Positions 22,001-31,767 of a stretch of DNA of 64,000 nt are shown here, in pieces. Below the pieces are notes generated by a model. The model made no database searches. It saw only the letters and a program-made list of their open reading frames with translations, and was not told the origin of the DNA. Both the position numbers and the translations under genes were made by a program. The stretch spans positions 528,003 through 592,002 of the forward strand of contig BCKQ01000003.1 of assembly GCA_001600695.1 (NCBI GenBank). The letters are read 5' to 3'. The DNA is from Ascoidea asiatica JCM 7603 (lineage: Eukaryota; Fungi; Ascomycota). The stretch's first letter is position 1; each line of letters begins with the position of its first letter.

Positions 22001-23570
22001 AAGAAAATTCAACAAACCTATCAGAATGTGCTTAACTAGATACGAAGATATGTTAATTTCCGGTCAAAGACATCCATTTTTAGCTAAATGGAAGGTTAGT
22101 TTAAATGAGGACTATAAATTTACGGGCATGGAATCGACTTTGTATGCAAATGCTGGCTGGAGTATGGATCTTACCAGGGGTGTTATTGATAGAGCTGTTT
22201 TGCATGCTGCTAATTCTTATTATTTTCCAAGTGCAAAGATTACTGGTAGGCCATGTAAAACCAATACAGCATCAAATACAGCTTTCAGAACCTTTGGCGG
22301 TGTTCAAGGAGTTTATAATGCCGAATCAATAATATACACTGTCAGTGAAAAGCTTGGAGTAACTCCTGAAAAGCTAAGAAGAATTAATTATTTTGATATT
22401 AGTAAAAAGCAAAGAACAACTTATAAGCAACTCGTTGGTGTTGATTATACGATTCCTAGACTTGAATATAAAGAATCCGAATTTATTAAATTGAGGAAAG
22501 AGGTGGAAGAATTTAATTCGAAAAATAAATGGCTAAAGAGGGGTCTCGCAAGCATGCCTGTTATGTTTGGTGTTTCATTTGGAGTCACTTTTCTTAATCA
22601 AGCTGGTGCATTGATTCATATTTATAAAGATGGGTCGGTATTATTATCTCATGGTGGTACAGAAATGGGGCAAGGTTTACATACTAAAATGGCCATGATA
22701 GCAGCAGAAGAATTGGAGGTCCCGCTTGAAAATGTGTATATCTCTGAAACTTCTACTCAAACAGTTGCAAACTCTTCTGCAACAGCAGCTTCTGCTTCCT
22801 CTGATCTCAATGGTATGGCTGTTTTCAATGCATGTCAAAAATTGAATAAAAGGTTAGCTCCAATTAAAAAGAAATTAGGTCCGAAGGCCTCATTTAAAGA
22901 TATTGCAATAACTGCTTATTTGGAAAGAATAAATTTGTCAGCAAACGGTTTTTATAAAACTCCTGTAATTGGTTATGAATGGGGTGCAGAAAATCCTAAA
23001 CCACCATTTTTATATCATACACAAGCATCAGCGGTTAGCATGGTTGAGGTTGATACATTAACAGGAGATTGGACGTGTTTATTAACAGATATTAAAGTGG
23101 ATGTTGGTAGAACAATTAATCAGGCTGTTGATTATGGTCAGATTGAAGGAGCATTTTTACAAGGATTAGGATTGACAACAATGGAGCAATCACTTTGGTT
23201 TTCACGAAATGGAAGTTTATTTACAAGAGGACCAGGTAATTATAAAATTCCAGGTTTTAAGGATGTCCCTCATAAATTAAATGTTTCATTATTAAAAGAT
23301 ACAGACTTTTCGCATCTAAATACAGTTAAATATTCCAAAGGCATTGGAGAACCACCATTGATTTTAGGATTAGCAGTACATTTTGCAATTAGAAACGCAA
23401 TTTCATATGCTAGACGAGAACATGGAATCAAAAGTGGATCGAAAGATTTACCATTTATAAGTCCCCTAACAAGTGAGAGAATTCGATTAGCTATTGGAGA
23501 TAAATTAGCTGATAAATCAATGGTTTATCCAAAAGATCCAAGTGAAAAGAATTTTTTTGTTGAAGCATAG
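19065..23570 (+). CDS. XDH: Xanthine dehydrogenase/oxidoreductase (2x[2Fe-2S], FAD, Moco)
   Basis: CSEGGCGACTV, QCGFCTPG and GNLCRCTGY Fe-S motifs. FAD domain FAGRQIRNVA...SPIADLNP. Moco domain GGGFGGKETRS, DRAVLH, TAFRTFGG, SFGVTFLNQ, GGTEMGQGL and KGIGEPP. Confidence 0.98.
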   Translation: MSSEISENFNPDNNDLSFEIKIKSSDLNLPINEIHKSYFNEFNFKNSINFYINDKPFEIKNPSPDGTLLDFIRSSNYLNLKGSKLTCSEGGCGACTVVLASYNSLSNNIIYNAINACLVPLIAIDNKQVITIEGLSSGSLNSSKTWQNVQNLHPIQERLAKFHGSQCGFCTPGIIMSMYALLRNNPNPSILDIQTSLDGNLCRCTGYISIIQALNTFAYDYDPISKCKKQNSTVVNNIKFKDKNEVCSKGINCCKFNNLSSSKSENDKEFDNENEIDINELFSPNGLPLKKYNPKDDLKFPIILKSVKMNSILYGNSNKIWIKPTNKFQLFKIISFYNKLNKIVDSNKFIFKFIAGSSEFQIENNMNPLNRFNILIYINEIENLHDFFNYLPDKGLSISANLSLSTLEYICANIYSSSNNSKIFSSDINNIEFEEYDYKFGSKQIFKIINQQLKYFAGRQIRNVATSSGNIVTASPIADLNPILIASDSIITVDYLNDQSDKVISKDYNLRDNFFIGYRKTKLPKNCLITKIFIPELNSKFEYMKNYKQSKRKDDDISTVTACLRLKFEKIGNTDQSFKIIDCCFTFGGMAATPVVSPKTESYLTNKIINLNDSKTYLNLIDDTLDFLSDEYNLAYNVPGGMPSYRKCLVLSFFYKFFHYCLIGLKTDLEKEKNPTLKIESDKELKSSIINSLKGIDSEALKYVERHSPVGFRDLDNPFVNKVGSKSTKDGKLTQVGESPVHLSAYHQVAGTARYVTDVPTQHGELFCAPLLAERAHAKIKKKDTLAALNHPGIIGFIDINDIEGTNTWGIFPFGRDEVFADGEVKYFGHIIGAVIGESKYRCYEALKMIKVEYEDLPAIISIEEAIEQDSFFPDDRITEKGDWETAFKTSKYVFEGTARIGAQEHFYFETQGCLVIPEENELKIYSSTQNPAETQEVSGHVCDIPASNINVKVKRLGGGFGGKETRSLMLSSIASVAARKFNKPIRMCLTRYEDMLISGQRHPFLAKWKVSLNEDYKFTGMESTLYANAGWSMDLTRGVIDRAVLHAANSYYFPSAKITGRPCKTNTASNTAFRTFGGVQGVYNAESIIYTVSEKLGVTPEKLRRINYFDISKKQRTTYKQLVGVDYTIPRLEYKESEFIKLRKEVEEFNSKNKWLKRGLASMPVMFGVSFGVTFLNQAGALIHIYKDGSVLLSHGGTEMGQGLHTKMAMIAAEELEVPLENVYISETSTQTVANSSATAASASSDLNGMAVFNACQKLNKRLAPIKKKLGPKASFKDIAITAYLERINLSANGFYKTPVIGYEWGAENPKPPFLYHTQASAVSMVEVDTLTGDWTCLLTDIKVDVGRTINQAVDYGQIEGAFLQGLGLTTMEQSLWFSRNGSLFTRGPGNYKIPGFKDVPHKLNVSLLKDTDFSHLNTVKYSKGIGEPPLILGLAVHFAIRNAISYARREHGIKSGSKDLPFISPLTSERIRLAIGDKLADKSMVYPKDPSEKNFFVEA

Positions 23571-23689
23571 TTAATCATTTTTAACAAAAATATTTTCGCT
23601 GTTATACAGTATATACCTTTTTGTATTTAATCTTATAAATATTATTAATGAAGTAAAGTACCTTAATTTTTCTCTTGAAATATACTATT

Positions 23690-24808
23690 TTATTTTTGGT
23701 TCTCTTTAGAAGTTCTTATCAAAGTTTTTCTTAGAAAGGCACCAACCGGCACCATTAAAAATATAAAATCTAATAATTCATAAAATATGTCAGATTTTAA
23801 ATCATTTACTTCATCTTCTTTAGTATACGGCTTTTCAATTTGACCATTGATATCATCACTTGGTTTATCATTTAAAATTTTATTAGCTTTATCTTCAAAT
23901 TTAGTTAGAGGTCCACTATCACCTTTATGCTGACTCCATATTTTTTCAAAGATTTCTTCTTGTGATAGGACTTTTTTTCCTTTATTTTTATTATCTTCTA
24001 TTCTTTTATTCGATGTTTCATTATTTTGATCTATTTTGTTTCTATTTTCACTGTATTCATTTATATTCTTATCGTCTATACTTATAATCTTATCATCTAT
24101 ACTTATATTTTCGTCTTTAGAAGTCAGATGGATATTTGAGTTTGATGTGAGTTTATCATTCTTTTTATCATCTTCATTTCCATAATTTTCATCATTATTT
24201 ATTAATTTAATTTGCGGATTATTTTCATTCAGATTATTATTATTAGAATTACCATCAGTGTTATTATTTTCTTTCAACAAAACAAATAATCTAATAATTT
24301 TAACTAATAAAATTTTGAATCTAAAAATAATTAAAAAGTTATTGAATAAAGATAAAAACTTTTCTAACGATTTTGAGTTTTTTTTGATTTTCATATTCTT
24401 TGATTTTTCAGAAGATTCTTTCCTTCTTTCAATTATAAATTCAAAAATATACAAAAAAAATTCAAAAAGACTTAATAATTTTTCTTCAAATTCATGATTT
24501 TTAATTTTTAGTAAATGATTCATGAACAGTTTTGGTGTATTTTTAATATTTGAATATAAATTACATTTAAAAACATTTAAATAACGAATTATTAATTTAT
24601 TCCTATTCGATAATATATAATTCGAATTATTTAAGTTACTGTTCAAATTATTGTTTGAATCATTATTTGAGTTGACTGTAGTCGTAGATGAATTACAATT
24701 TAATAGTCTTTTAGATGAAATACTAGATTTAGGAAGATAAAATATTTTCTTTTTATTATCATATTTTGCAGTTTCTAAGAAAAAAGATATTGAATTTATC
24801 GGAGCCAT
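23690..24808 (-). CDS. Hypothetical protein with amphipathic/hydrophobic helices (possibly distant PEX11-superfamily, Pex34/Pex36-like)
   Basis: 372-aa ORF with Asn-rich linkers and helices LFNNFLIIFRFKILLVKIIRLFVLL and IFYELLDFIFLMVPVG. The family guess is weak. Confidence 0.6.
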   Translation of the reverse strand: MAPINSISFFLETAKYDNKKKIFYLPKSSISSKRLLNCNSSTTTVNSNNDSNNNLNSNLNNSNYILSNRNKLIIRYLNVFKCNLYSNIKNTPKLFMNHLLKIKNHEFEEKLLSLFEFFLYIFEFIIERRKESSEKSKNMKIKKNSKSLEKFLSLFNNFLIIFRFKILLVKIIRLFVLLKENNNTDGNSNNNNLNENNPQIKLINNDENYGNEDDKKNDKLTSNSNIHLTSKDENISIDDKIISIDDKNINEYSENRNKIDQNNETSNKRIEDNKNKGKKVLSQEEIFEKIWSQHKGDSGPLTKFEDKANKILNDKPSDDINGQIEKPYTKEDEVNDLKSDIFYELLDFIFLMVPVGAFLRKTLIRTSKENQK

Positions 24809-25481
24809 TTACACTATTTAAAGTTTCTTTAAATAAAAAAAGTTGAATTTGGAGATGGTTATAATTTTCAATATTGAAGTTTATGATAAGAGTTATTATA
24901 TGAATTTTGAAAAGTCTTTTGATCTTTTTAAATCTTTTAAAATCACTTTTCAACTGAATTTTTCCACTATATAATTCTAGTTTTTATATTTTGTTACTAT
25001 TTCAATTTTGAATAAAAATAATATCTCCCTTATCACACATTTTGTTATTTCAATATTATGATTTAAGATGGTTTTGGTGAATATTTTGGGGGTAAAGTTT
25101 ATTCTTTAATTTTGAGATAGTGAAAAGGAGCTTGTGAGAGAGAACAAGCAAAAGTCAGTCACATGGCGGCTTTGGGCGCGGAAGAGACCAAAAGAGTGGA
25201 AGCTTTACTTCCAGCTAATGCAAATCAGCCCAAGCTCTAAGATTACACACAGCGAATTTTTTAATTTGATTTCGTATGAATAAGAACAGTCAATATCATT
25301 ATATTATTTATTTAGTTATAACATTATTTAATTGATCAATTAATGAATATATATATATATTTTAGTAGCACCGTAGAATATCATTAAGAAAATAAAATAA
25401 AAAAAAAATAGACAAGACAAAAGAGAAAAGTAAAAAGAAAAAAGCAAGGAAAAACCAGTGAAAAAACAAATAATAAAAAAA

Positions 25482-26993
25482 TCATAATCTTGAATAAGAA
25501 GAGCCTTTACGTGGAGAAAGTTCAAGAGTTTCCTTTTTAATATCATTAGCTAAATTTTGATCAACTTTAGCAAACATTGCAAATACTTTATCTTGTATAT
25601 CAGGTCTTGCAGCAGAAACATGAGAAGCAACATTATGAGCTAAAGCCTTTTGTTGACCAGGTTGTTTTGCTAAAACTTTTTGATATAAAATTCTTGGTTG
25701 AACATAATCTATGTCACCAACAACATCCCAATGAAATGGGAAAGCTGGACCAGTCCAAACTTCTTGATGTTCTTGAATTTTTAAATTTGATCTATAATTT
25801 AAAGGTAAATCAGAAGCTAAATAATTTGGAGTTGAACCTAAGTTACCATCAACAGACATTGCACCATCACGAATAGAAGGATTATAAGCTTTTGCGGCAT
25901 ATGGACAATTAACAGGAATTTGATTATAATTAGTACCTAATCTATGACGATGAGTATCAGGATAAGAAAATAATCTTGATTGTAAAACAGGATCAGCAGA
26001 AGCTTCTTGATATGGAACAGTATGAGAAGGAGAAAAAGCAGCTTGTTCAACTTCTGCAAAATAATTTTTTGGATTTTTGTTTAAAGTAAATTTTGCAAAT
26101 CTTCTTAATGGAAATTGATCTTGTGGCCAGACTTTAGTTAAATCAAAAACAGAAAATGGTAAGTCTTTTGCTTGATCTTGAGTCATATATTGAATATAAG
26201 CAGTCCAAGAAGGATATTCACCTTTTTCAATTGCATTGAATAAATCTTCTTGAGCAAAATCAGGATTTGTACCAGCTAAGTTAATTGATTCTTCATTATT
26301 TAAATTTTTAATACCTTGATCTGATTTTAAATGAACTTGAACATAAAACCATTCACCTTTTTCATTTGACCATTTATAAGTATGACCAGAATAACCATTC
26401 ATAGTTCTATAAGAAGCAGGAGTACCTCTATCAGAAAATAAAATACAAACTTGATGAATTGCTTCTTGATTTGTTGTTAAATAATCCCAAAACATATCAG
26501 CATCTTTTAAATTAGTTTGAGGATTACGTTTTTGAGTATGAATAAAATGAGGAAACTTACTTGGATTTCTAATAAAAAAAACAGGAGTATTATTATAAAC
26601 CCAATCTAAATTACCTTCTTCAGTATAAAGTTTCATTGCAAAACCTCTTGGATCTCTTGCAGAATCTGCAGAACCTTTTTCACCACCAACAGTTGAAAAT
26701 CTAATTAAACCTGGAGTCTTTTTACCAACTTTATTTAAAAATTTTGAAGCACAAATATCAGAAATATCATCAGTAACTTCAAATTCTAAAAAAGCTCCAG
26801 AACCTTTAGCATGTACAACTCTTTCTGGAATTCTTTCACGATCAAAATGTGCTATATTATCAATTAAAGTAAAATCTTGTAATAATAATGGACCAAATTT
26901 TCCAATTCTTTGAGTTGCAAAAGGTTCTGGAATTGGAGCACCTTGAGAAGTTGTATAAGTTGGTGGAGTACCTTTATTATCGTTTGAAGACAT
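25482..26993 (-). CDS. CTA1: Peroxisomal catalase A
   Basis: FDRERIPERVVHAKG (active-site His), RLFSYPDTHRHRLG (proximal Tyr) and a C-terminal PTS1 -SRL. Confidence 0.97.
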   Translation of the reverse strand: MSSNDNKGTPPTYTTSQGAPIPEPFATQRIGKFGPLLLQDFTLIDNIAHFDRERIPERVVHAKGSGAFLEFEVTDDISDICASKFLNKVGKKTPGLIRFSTVGGEKGSADSARDPRGFAMKLYTEEGNLDWVYNNTPVFFIRNPSKFPHFIHTQKRNPQTNLKDADMFWDYLTTNQEAIHQVCILFSDRGTPASYRTMNGYSGHTYKWSNEKGEWFYVQVHLKSDQGIKNLNNEESINLAGTNPDFAQEDLFNAIEKGEYPSWTAYIQYMTQDQAKDLPFSVFDLTKVWPQDQFPLRRFAKFTLNKNPKNYFAEVEQAAFSPSHTVPYQEASADPVLQSRLFSYPDTHRHRLGTNYNQIPVNCPYAAKAYNPSIRDGAMSVDGNLGSTPNYLASDLPLNYRSNLKIQEHQEVWTGPAFPFHWDVVGDIDYVQPRILYQKVLAKQPGQQKALAHNVASHVSAARPDIQDKVFAMFAKVDQNLANDIKKETLELSPRKGSSYSRL

Positions 26994-28048
26994 TTTTTTA
27001 TGGATTTTATTTTTATACTAATTAAGATAAAATATGATATAATAAGATAGATATATGTTATAAAAATAATAAATTTGGTTATTATAGTAAAATCAAAAAC
27101 TAATAGTGATGTTAAAAAAGAATAATTTCAAAAAATAGAGATATTAATTTCTTATATAGTAATTAGTTGTCCAATAAGTGAGTAAAAATGAATTGAAGAA
27201 AAAAAAAAAGTGGATTGATAATTTAGATTTATTCTAGATTTGAAACTATTAGCAAATACTAAAAAATATTAAAATTAATAAAAAAATATTAAAGAAAAAA
27301 ATAGAAGATATTAAAAGTTTAGCAACTAATTGCAATTGTGAGATTTAATCGAATTGGATATGATATTTAATGCTGCTTTGGGCATAAACAGAAGCAAAGT
27401 CCAGGCAAAGAGCAGGCATGAATAAAATCTCCTGGATATGTAAGCAGCGAGTGCTATCAGATAAGTTCTAAGTGTTTGCAGAATATCGAATCTGAACTCG
27501 GGAACAGGCTACTGAGGGGACCGCAGACAAGGGTTTGCGGTATTGCGGGTTTTGCTGGCAGTTGTAGGTTTTCGGGGCTTCTGACTGTTGGAATTATTAC
27601 AAATACCCTCTCTTTCACCAGTTATTGGTTGGTTTAGAACCCAAGCAACCAAGCAAACTTACCCGAGGACATAAAAGTATTCGAGAACTTCACATGAATT
27701 TCATAGATTCTACTGACCCGGTCGCGACAACAGCATTTTGGGTAAGTTGAACCAGCGGAAGCCACATACGAACCCAAGAGAAACTAAACTCAGCTTTTTG
27801 CGGGCCTCCTGTGAGCTCACATGCGCTTCGGATGTTATTCCCCATTTTGTTGTTTGGATCTCAGCTCTGTAGATTGAAGATTCGTGGCTGGGTCCACCGA
27901 TATCTCCGAAACATACTCAATTTTGCCACATGTTGCTCCGCTGATAAATATCTTTTCTCCACAACTGTGGCTATAATATCAGCTATCCACGTGAGTTAAA
28001 TTCAAATTATACGGAATAAAAAAAATAGTATAGACCTAAAAAAAAGAG

Positions 28049-28147
28049 CACCCGACGTGGGAGTCGAACCCACAATCTTCTGATGACTTTATTGAACAAA
28101 AGCATTCTTATAGAAGTCAGACGCGTTAACCATTACGCTAGCCAGGC
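28049..28147 (-). tRNA. tRNA-Arg(UCU) with a 26-nt intron (28085-28110)
   Basis: Revcomp GCCTGGCTAGCGTAATGGTTAACGCGTCTGACTTCTA-[intron]-ATCAGAAGATTGTGGGTTCGACTCCCACGTCGGGTG. The intron follows position 37 and contains AGAA, which can pair with the anticodon loop. An oligo-T terminator follows. Confidence 0.96.
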
Positions 28148-28289
28148 TTCCCCTACATGTTTTTTGAAGTCTTACCCTCTGTGATTTAACTAAAACAATT
28201 AAACATTATTCGTATAAAACATCTTATTGCAATTTTGTTTTTTTTGTCTAAAACCTGTAACATTAAACGCTATTTTTTTTCATCTGTTC

Positions 28290-28362
28290 GCCTTTATGGC
28301 CAAGTTGGTAAGGCACCTCACTAGTAATGAGGAGATCGTCTGTTCGAATCAGGCTGAAGGCA
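28290..28362 (+). tRNA. tRNA-Thr(AGU)
   Basis: GCCTTTA/TGAAGGC acceptor stem, CCTCA-CTAGTAA-TGAGG anticodon arm, GTTCGAATC T-loop and a T-run downstream. Confidence 0.97.
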
Positions 28363-28678
28363 GGTTCTTTTTTTTTATTCAATAAATGGTCTTATAAAGT
28401 AAGTTTTTCTGACTTGTTTCAAAAACTCATTCAATTTCAATAAATGAAAATTAAAAATAATTATCGTTAATTCATTTCAATGTAAATTGTCCTGTTATTC
28501 TACATTGAATTATAATGTGTTTTAGAATCTTAGTAAACCAATCAAATCAACAAAATCAAATTAAATTTATTTCAGAAAACAGAAACAAAAGCAAAACAAA
28601 AAAGTATACAAAAAGCTGAAACAAAAAATCGTAATAATAAAAAATAAAGTAAATACAAAATAAAACAGACAAAAGCCT

Positions 28679-30223
28679 TTATCTTCCAAAATATTTTAAC
28701 TCAAAGGGTCTAACAATATTAAAACCAATAAATGCAAATCCAAAAGCTAATTCGAATCCTATATCTCCACCATTTTTACCAATTAATTTAGATATTTTTC
28801 CAACATACCAAGTTTGATTCATACCCATTGCTGTTCCTAAAGCTCCAAATAAAAATCCAACTAATCCTCCAATTCCAATTGGTGTTTTTTTTAAATCTTT
28901 GTAATCTTCAATATTATATCCTGAAAATCCTTTTCTATAAATAAAATGCTCAGAAAGTGAAATTGCAAGATAAATTCCAATATAATATCCAATTAAATCC
29001 ATAAAATTTTCCATTGCACTTTCAAATTTATAATATGCTGGTATACAAATTGCTAATGTAATAAAATTACCAAAAACTGTCCAAATTATTCTTGGAATTT
29101 TTTCAAATTTACTCCAAATTGCTTGTGCACTTAATGCAATTGAATACATATTTGGTATATTAATTGAAACTGTTGATAATGCTAAAATCACACAACAAAA
29201 TTCTCCAAATCCATGTAATGAATTTTCAACTAAAACTCCATAAATTAATCCTCCAATTGAATAATCTTCATATAATTCTTCCCAAACTTTATTGGTTAAT
29301 GTTCCTGTTGCACAAGCTGCACCTAATGTATATGTAAAAATTAATGGTGTTGATAATCCAATAAGTACTCCAAAGAAAATTTTATATGGATTAGAATTAA
29401 TTGGCATATATGTGGTATAATCTGCTGCATATGTTGCCCAACCTGCTGTAAACCCAAAAATTGTACCTCCAAATGATAAAACATTACCTGCTGTTGTTTC
29501 TCCATTTTTCCAATCACCAGGTGTAAAATTTCCAGAAATTTTTAATCTTATAATAATTATTAAAAAAATTATACCATTTGGTATCCATGAATATTTTTCA
29601 AAATAATGAATTATTTTATACCCAAAAAATGTTATGAGAATTGTTAAAATTATCAAAATCAAACATCCTGCCCATGGTGGTAATTCTTGATTATTAACTA
29701 TATGTAATAATTGTGCTGCAGACATGGTATTAACTCCAACCCATCCAACACATGCAATACAATTAATGAATGAGAAAATTCTCATTGTGATATCACCTGT
29801 TAAAAATCTTGAAAGTATCATTTGTCTTAAACCAAATTTTGCTCCAAATATTGAAAAAAATGCAACTGGTATTGATCCAATTAATGTAAAAAAGATTATA
29901 ACTAATAATGCTTGGTAAAAGTTCAACTCAAATAGTGTTATACCTAAAGCTCCTAATGCAAATGATGGCACAACCAAATTAACTGAAAACCACATTGATG
30001 CTGCAGACCAAATAGATTTATCAGTTTTTTCATTTTCTGGAACTCTCTCAATACCTCTAATTTCGGCTTTAAGAATTTTTCCCATTCTATTTAAGAAATT
30101 AACACTTTTAATTTTTTCAAGGTTTAATTCTTTTTCTTCATTTTCATCTTCGTTTGGATTTACATTATTTATGGATTTTAAGTTTGGAAGTTCATCGAAG
30201 GTATTTTTTTCAATATCAATCAT
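28679..30223 (-). CDS. FCY2: Purine-cytosine permease (NCS1, FCY2/FCY21/FCY22 family)
   Basis: AEIRGIERV, WFSVNL, FGLRQMILSRF, GWATYAADY, NIPNMYSIALS and MNQTWYVG...GDIGFEL motifs; about 12 TM segments. Confidence 0.9.
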   Translation of the reverse strand: MIDIEKNTFDELPNLKSINNVNPNEDENEEKELNLEKIKSVNFLNRMGKILKAEIRGIERVPENEKTDKSIWSAASMWFSVNLVVPSFALGALGITLFELNFYQALLVIIFFTLIGSIPVAFFSIFGAKFGLRQMILSRFLTGDITMRIFSFINCIACVGWVGVNTMSAAQLLHIVNNQELPPWAGCLILIILTILITFFGYKIIHYFEKYSWIPNGIIFLIIIIRLKISGNFTPGDWKNGETTAGNVLSFGGTIFGFTAGWATYAADYTTYMPINSNPYKIFFGVLIGLSTPLIFTYTLGAACATGTLTNKVWEELYEDYSIGGLIYGVLVENSLHGFGEFCCVILALSTVSINIPNMYSIALSAQAIWSKFEKIPRIIWTVFGNFITLAICIPAYYKFESAMENFMDLIGYYIGIYLAISLSEHFIYRKGFSGYNIEDYKDLKKTPIGIGGLVGFLFGALGTAMGMNQTWYVGKISKLIGKNGGDIGFELAFGFAFIGFNIVRPFELKYFGR

Positions 30224-31767
30224 TTATGATAAATTTGAAATAATAAGTTTCAACAAAAATTGATTATCTTATTTCTTAGACTAATTTCAAGCTTAAATTT
30301 ATCTATTTAATTATTGCTTTTTTATTTAAGGTAATATCAAAAAGTACGTAAATGAAAGCTCAATTCAATAATCCTAAATCTATGGATATTTGATTGCTTA
30401 TAAATGATTTCAGTTTCCAAATTTAAAGGGTCTAAATCAATAGATAATGTAATCACGAATTTTTTATATACTTTAAAATCCCTTTGGAAACAACGAAAAT
30501 GATTTAGAACTTCAAATGAACATGTTTTTTTCAATACCTTTCGTTTAACTTATTTAAAGATTAAACGAGATATTACTCTTTTCATTCAAATAACTGGAAA
30601 AAATTGAAAAGAAAAAAACGAGAAAGCAAACCGATAGGATAATAAAAATCAAATTTTGCAGGTTACCTCTCAAAAAAGTAACTTCTCAAAGGACATTGTC
30701 TTCATAATAGGGTTCAGTATTCTTGAAGGTTTCCTAAATCTACCGAGAAATAAAATCTGATGATGTTTTCGATTCTTCAAAAAACTTGTTACCTAAAAAG
30801 TAATTTGCAAAGGCGTTGCGTGGTGAACCAGCAAAATCACATATTAAATTTGTCAGCTGCAACTAAAAAAGGGCTGCTCACCCAAAGTTTGGTTACACAG
30901 GAAATAACATTAAATGACAGCAAAAGCTTATTTGTGCCAGCGGGACTTCGGGTAAGTTGACAGGTGCTTCCCGATACAAAACAGAAACAGAAACAGAAAC
31001 AGAAAAGATAATAGAAAGCTATAAAAACAAAATTTTAAAGAGAGAAGATGACATCAAGCTTAAAACAGAGAGACAAAGAATTAATGAAAAAGAAAATTTT
31101 GAGTTTAAAGAAAATATGGCTCAGTTACCTAAATCTCTTGTTGATTTTATTTAACATTTCCCACATTATTACTTCCGAACCATATAAGTTTTGGTACATC
31201 AAGGAGTTGTGATGTTATAATAAAAATTTCTAGATTTTGTTTCAAACAAAAGAACATGCTAAAACAACTAAAAGATGTAATGATCTAAAATATATTATTA
31301 TTATTCATACTGAATATTATAATTCTTAAGCTGTATGATACCTTTTCTTATCAATAAAGTCGCTTTTTGTGGTTTTGTTTGTAGGGTTTCATTACGATAA
31401 ACAACTTTCAAGGGTTTCAATAGGGAAAGAAATGTAATAGGTTCCCCGTATATCCTTATTTGAAAACTTTGCATTTATTATTATTCATTATCTTTCTAGT
31501 GACTATCTTTAAATATTTGAAAAACAAAATAATCAATTTATGTTTTTCAATAAATTTCAAAAATTTCATACTTTTTAAGTAATGGCTTGGTAATTTTCAA
31601 ATACTTTAAAACTAAATTATAATGAAATTCATAATGAATAAATTTTCTCGATGCAATTACTTGTCTTATATGAATCAATGAAATCCAATTGAGAATTTAT
31701 TAATACTATGATTATCATTTTTATTCTTAGATTAAAAAAAATAAATTAAGAAAATTTAAATTCCTAC

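Noticed and set aside
30760-31154. Two short ORFs upstream of FCY2 (one with ETETETE)
   Set aside because: Short, driven by an (AGAAAC)n microsatellite, one has a non-ATG start, and they lie in promoter-like DNA.
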